From contig ADNK01001386.1 of assembly GCA_000320545.1 (NCBI GenBank), forward strand, positions 1-64,000: DNA of 64,000 nucleotides. Direction: 5' to 3'. The notes below the pieces were generated by a model, which was not told the DNA's origin, did no database searches, and saw only the letters and a program-made list of their open reading frames with translations. The position numbers were made by a program, and so were the translations under genes. This stretch comes from Bigelowiella natans CCMP2755 (Eukaryota > Protista > Cercozoa). This document shows positions 61,177 to 64,000 of the stretch, in pieces (position 1 is the stretch's first letter; each line of letters begins with the position of its first letter).

Positions 61177-63354
61177 TTCTGTGTCGATCTATCACTTCCT
61201 CAGTTGGAGTGTTTGCGCGACGAAACATGCAAGAAATGCGTGGACGAGTTAGATAAGGTCTCAGAGTAGTGAGAGGGTTGGTAGGGGTCAAGTGATAGGT
61301 AGTAGTGGGAGGAGGAGGAAAGTGTCAAGCATTTGTAGTTGTTGCATAATATTGAATTCTGATGTAAACTTCAAGGCAAACAATGGTGGATTAGGCGTTT
61401 TTCTCCTGTTCTGTTTTTTCTTATTCTTCCTCTTCCTCTTCTTCTTCTTCTTCTTCTTCTTCTTCTTCCTCTTCCTTATACCATCGACATGTACCATGCA
61501 TGGCTCCTTCCCCAACGCAATATACGCGTGTTGCTGTTTTATTAGGTCGGCCTCCGTGATCAAGTGATGGCATACCGCATTATCCGCTCATACCAAACGC
61601 CCAAATTCGAGCGGTTATCGGTAAATAATATTTCTACCTAAATGTAAGGAGAGCCAAGCATGAGCAATTTCTCTCTTCTTTCAAAACCACCTTTCTTTCT
61701 TGGTTCTTCGTCCTTGACCCACCCTCATTGCTTCCTTCCTGTATAATACCTAGCTCTGTATCAACGAAAAGCACAACTGCCTACGCAACACTGCCAACCG
61801 TCCGCAGCTTCCAGAAGTCATGCCGATGAAGACTTTCAGGCAAACATATTAACCACAACCAACAAATACTTATATATTGTGTGTGATAGTTGTGATCACA
61901 GCACCATTTACAATCGTCCTCGCCATCAAATAGAGGCAAAGAACTCACACACGAGGCTGCTGAGGACATACTCATCGGCCATAGAGAGGAGGTAGTAATA
62001 TGCGTGCTTGTGCTGGCACTATAAACGTGCGGACGAGGAAGAAGACGGAATAGTGTTATTGGCTTGCAGCAATTCTCCCAACCTCCACCTCGATCAACCT
62101 CCCTGATGATAACAATACATCGTATGATTTCAAGGGACACCCGCAAAGCTGGATGCTTGTCTGCGGTACGTCTCTGAACACAGGATCGATAGTTGAAGAA
62201 GAAGAAGAAGAAGAAGAAGAAGAAGAAGAAGAAACAGAAGAAGTAGCAGCCGCCATGGGTGTTGGACGGTTTTGCTAACTGCTTATTTGCCGTCATCGGC
62301 CGGGTGTTATTTGTAGGGCAGAATCCTGCATATGACGAGTTTCCATGCCAGTATCAGATGTTCTATCGAGGAAAAGCACGGAATTCTGTTTGGTATGATG
62401 AAGGCGGAGGAAGAGGAGGAGGACATATAATGATGCCACGTCTTATATCACGCTTTAGAAATGATTTTAAAAAAATAAGAACGAATTCCAGTGGCCACAA
62501 CACAAACACGCAAAATAAAGGCAAGCAGCAGGGTAAAGGAAAAAAGAGAAGTATATAAATATAAATATAAATATATATATATATATGTAGGTATAACCCC
62601 GTGTTCAAGGTCCTGACTCTTGATGGCAAAGAGGTTGTGTGCATCTGTGCGTGTGTACAAGTGGGGTGATATCAGCCAGTAAGGGGGGATCTTCGTGTCC
62701 AAGACTATGCACATCAACATCGTAGTCTTTCGATTCGATGAATAGGAAGAAAAGACACGAGCGGCGCCAGCAGCAGCAGCAGTAGTAGTAGTAGTAGAAA
62801 TAGTAGAAGAGGGAGACGGGTGAGGAAGAGGATTGCTCTACTAATGTGTTAATCGATACTCGCCGACGTGAATTAGTGTTAACATACCGATGACCTTACT
62901 CAATGATCCCACATCTCAGGAATGGCGGCGCAGCGACTACAAGGTGATGACATCTTCAAGATCCCATAGCAGAAGCAGCAAAAGCAGCACATAGAAAGAA
63001 GACACCCTCCCTCCACCCCCCCCCCCCCCCTCCATTCCCCCTCATCTCCCAGGTCCGACGAGAGAAAACCCCGGGGAAGTTCCGCCTTTCTTTCTGCGAC
63101 AACGGCGTCACCTCGCAAGAGCACTGGCACATCGTAGATGCAGACGATGAGCTTCGGTGGGTCGTGTTGTACTATTCAGGTACGGAGCGGCGAAATTGAA
63201 CGAAAGACCTTCCCTTACGACACGACGACGATGATGATGACGATGATGATGATGTCGCGGATAAATGATATTATTAACAGCGATGAGCGAATACGTGATG
63301 GATGTGCCGTTTGGTAATGATTAGGTGCTGCAGCAACGGCTGGCCAGGCATATG

Positions 63355-63389
<35 letters not shown>

Positions 63390-63735
63390 CATCGTCATCG
63401 TCATTGCTTCAGTTGAGGCATGCATACAAATGATGATGATGATGATGATAATGATTATGATTATGATGATAACACCAAAAATCGATGAGCTTTGATTTTA
63501 GCACAATGAGTGTATTTTGGCAATAGATCCGCTTCCATCCTTCTCCTTGAGTAATTTCTGACACACACTCGATTTCTCATTTCGTCTTGTTTTCCTTCCT
63601 TACCTCCTTTTGTTCTAGCTTGGCGCCATGCTCGCGACACCAGATGGGTAGTATTGTATGGTAGTAGTAGCAATGGTAGTGTGTAAATGTATAGCGGGCT
63701 ATAAACTCACTCTTAAATGTGTTCATGAGCGTCGC

Positions 63736-63785
<50 letters not shown>

Positions 63786-64000
63786 CATCTCCTTCTCAAT
63801 CCGCAACTATCGATGATTAATTAGCAAATGGCCAGAGGAAAGCGAAATGCCAAGAATTACACGGTGCGAGTGCTACTGATTGGCACCACGTGATGATTTC
63901 AACTACGACGTTGTCACCACCGCCACCCCCGCCACTACTACTACATGCCACTGCTAGTGCTACTGCTAACAACAACAACAACAACAACAATAACAATAAG
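57302..64000 (+). CDS. VDR: Violaxanthin de-epoxidase-related protein, plastid-targeted; runs off the window
   Basis: Signal peptide [24 protein letters not shown] plus R/S-rich transit-like segment. Spliced motifs [75 protein letters not shown]. Confidence 0.88.
60218..60356. repeat. Compound (TA)n/(CA)n intronic microsatellite, an example of many in the window
   Basis: Directly visible simple repeats within a VDR intron. Confidence 0.9.

Noticed and set aside
1-64000. tRNA, rRNA or CRISPR arrays
   Set aside because: None recognised; no regularly spaced repeat-spacer structure was seen.

Overview
Intron-rich eukaryotic nuclear DNA, probably from an alga with a secondary plastid. A VDR gene with a signal peptide plus R/S-rich transit leader suggests a chlorarachniophyte, but this is inference. 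About 16 host genes were reconstructed by eye across GT-AG introns: dynactin p150, a variant PARG, bystin, DUF3228, peroxisomal ECH1, a DUF2828/vWA protein with an inserted RanBP2/NZF finger, PRP4, a DUF707-like glycosyltransferase, an OAC1/SLC25A34-35-like carrier, a class 3 lipase, VDR and several hypotheticals. The genes alternate strand almost perfectly. The window also holds one intact, very young Ty3/Gypsy LTR retrotransposon (33633-39348, identical 326-bp LTRs, 4-bp TSD). Most notable: (1) the Gypsy polyprotein ends in a domain resembling the DIRS-type N6-adenine methyltransferase with a degenerate catalytic motif, and its integrase has D-27-E spacing; (2) a 50-95-nt hairpin-forming element recurs five times just downstream of stop codons, always in the sense of the adjacent gene; (3) spacers downstream of genes are packed with CTAG/GCTAGC/CATG palindromes, whereas divergent promoter spacers are not. 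All exon boundaries and family assignments are from manual reading; no searches were run.
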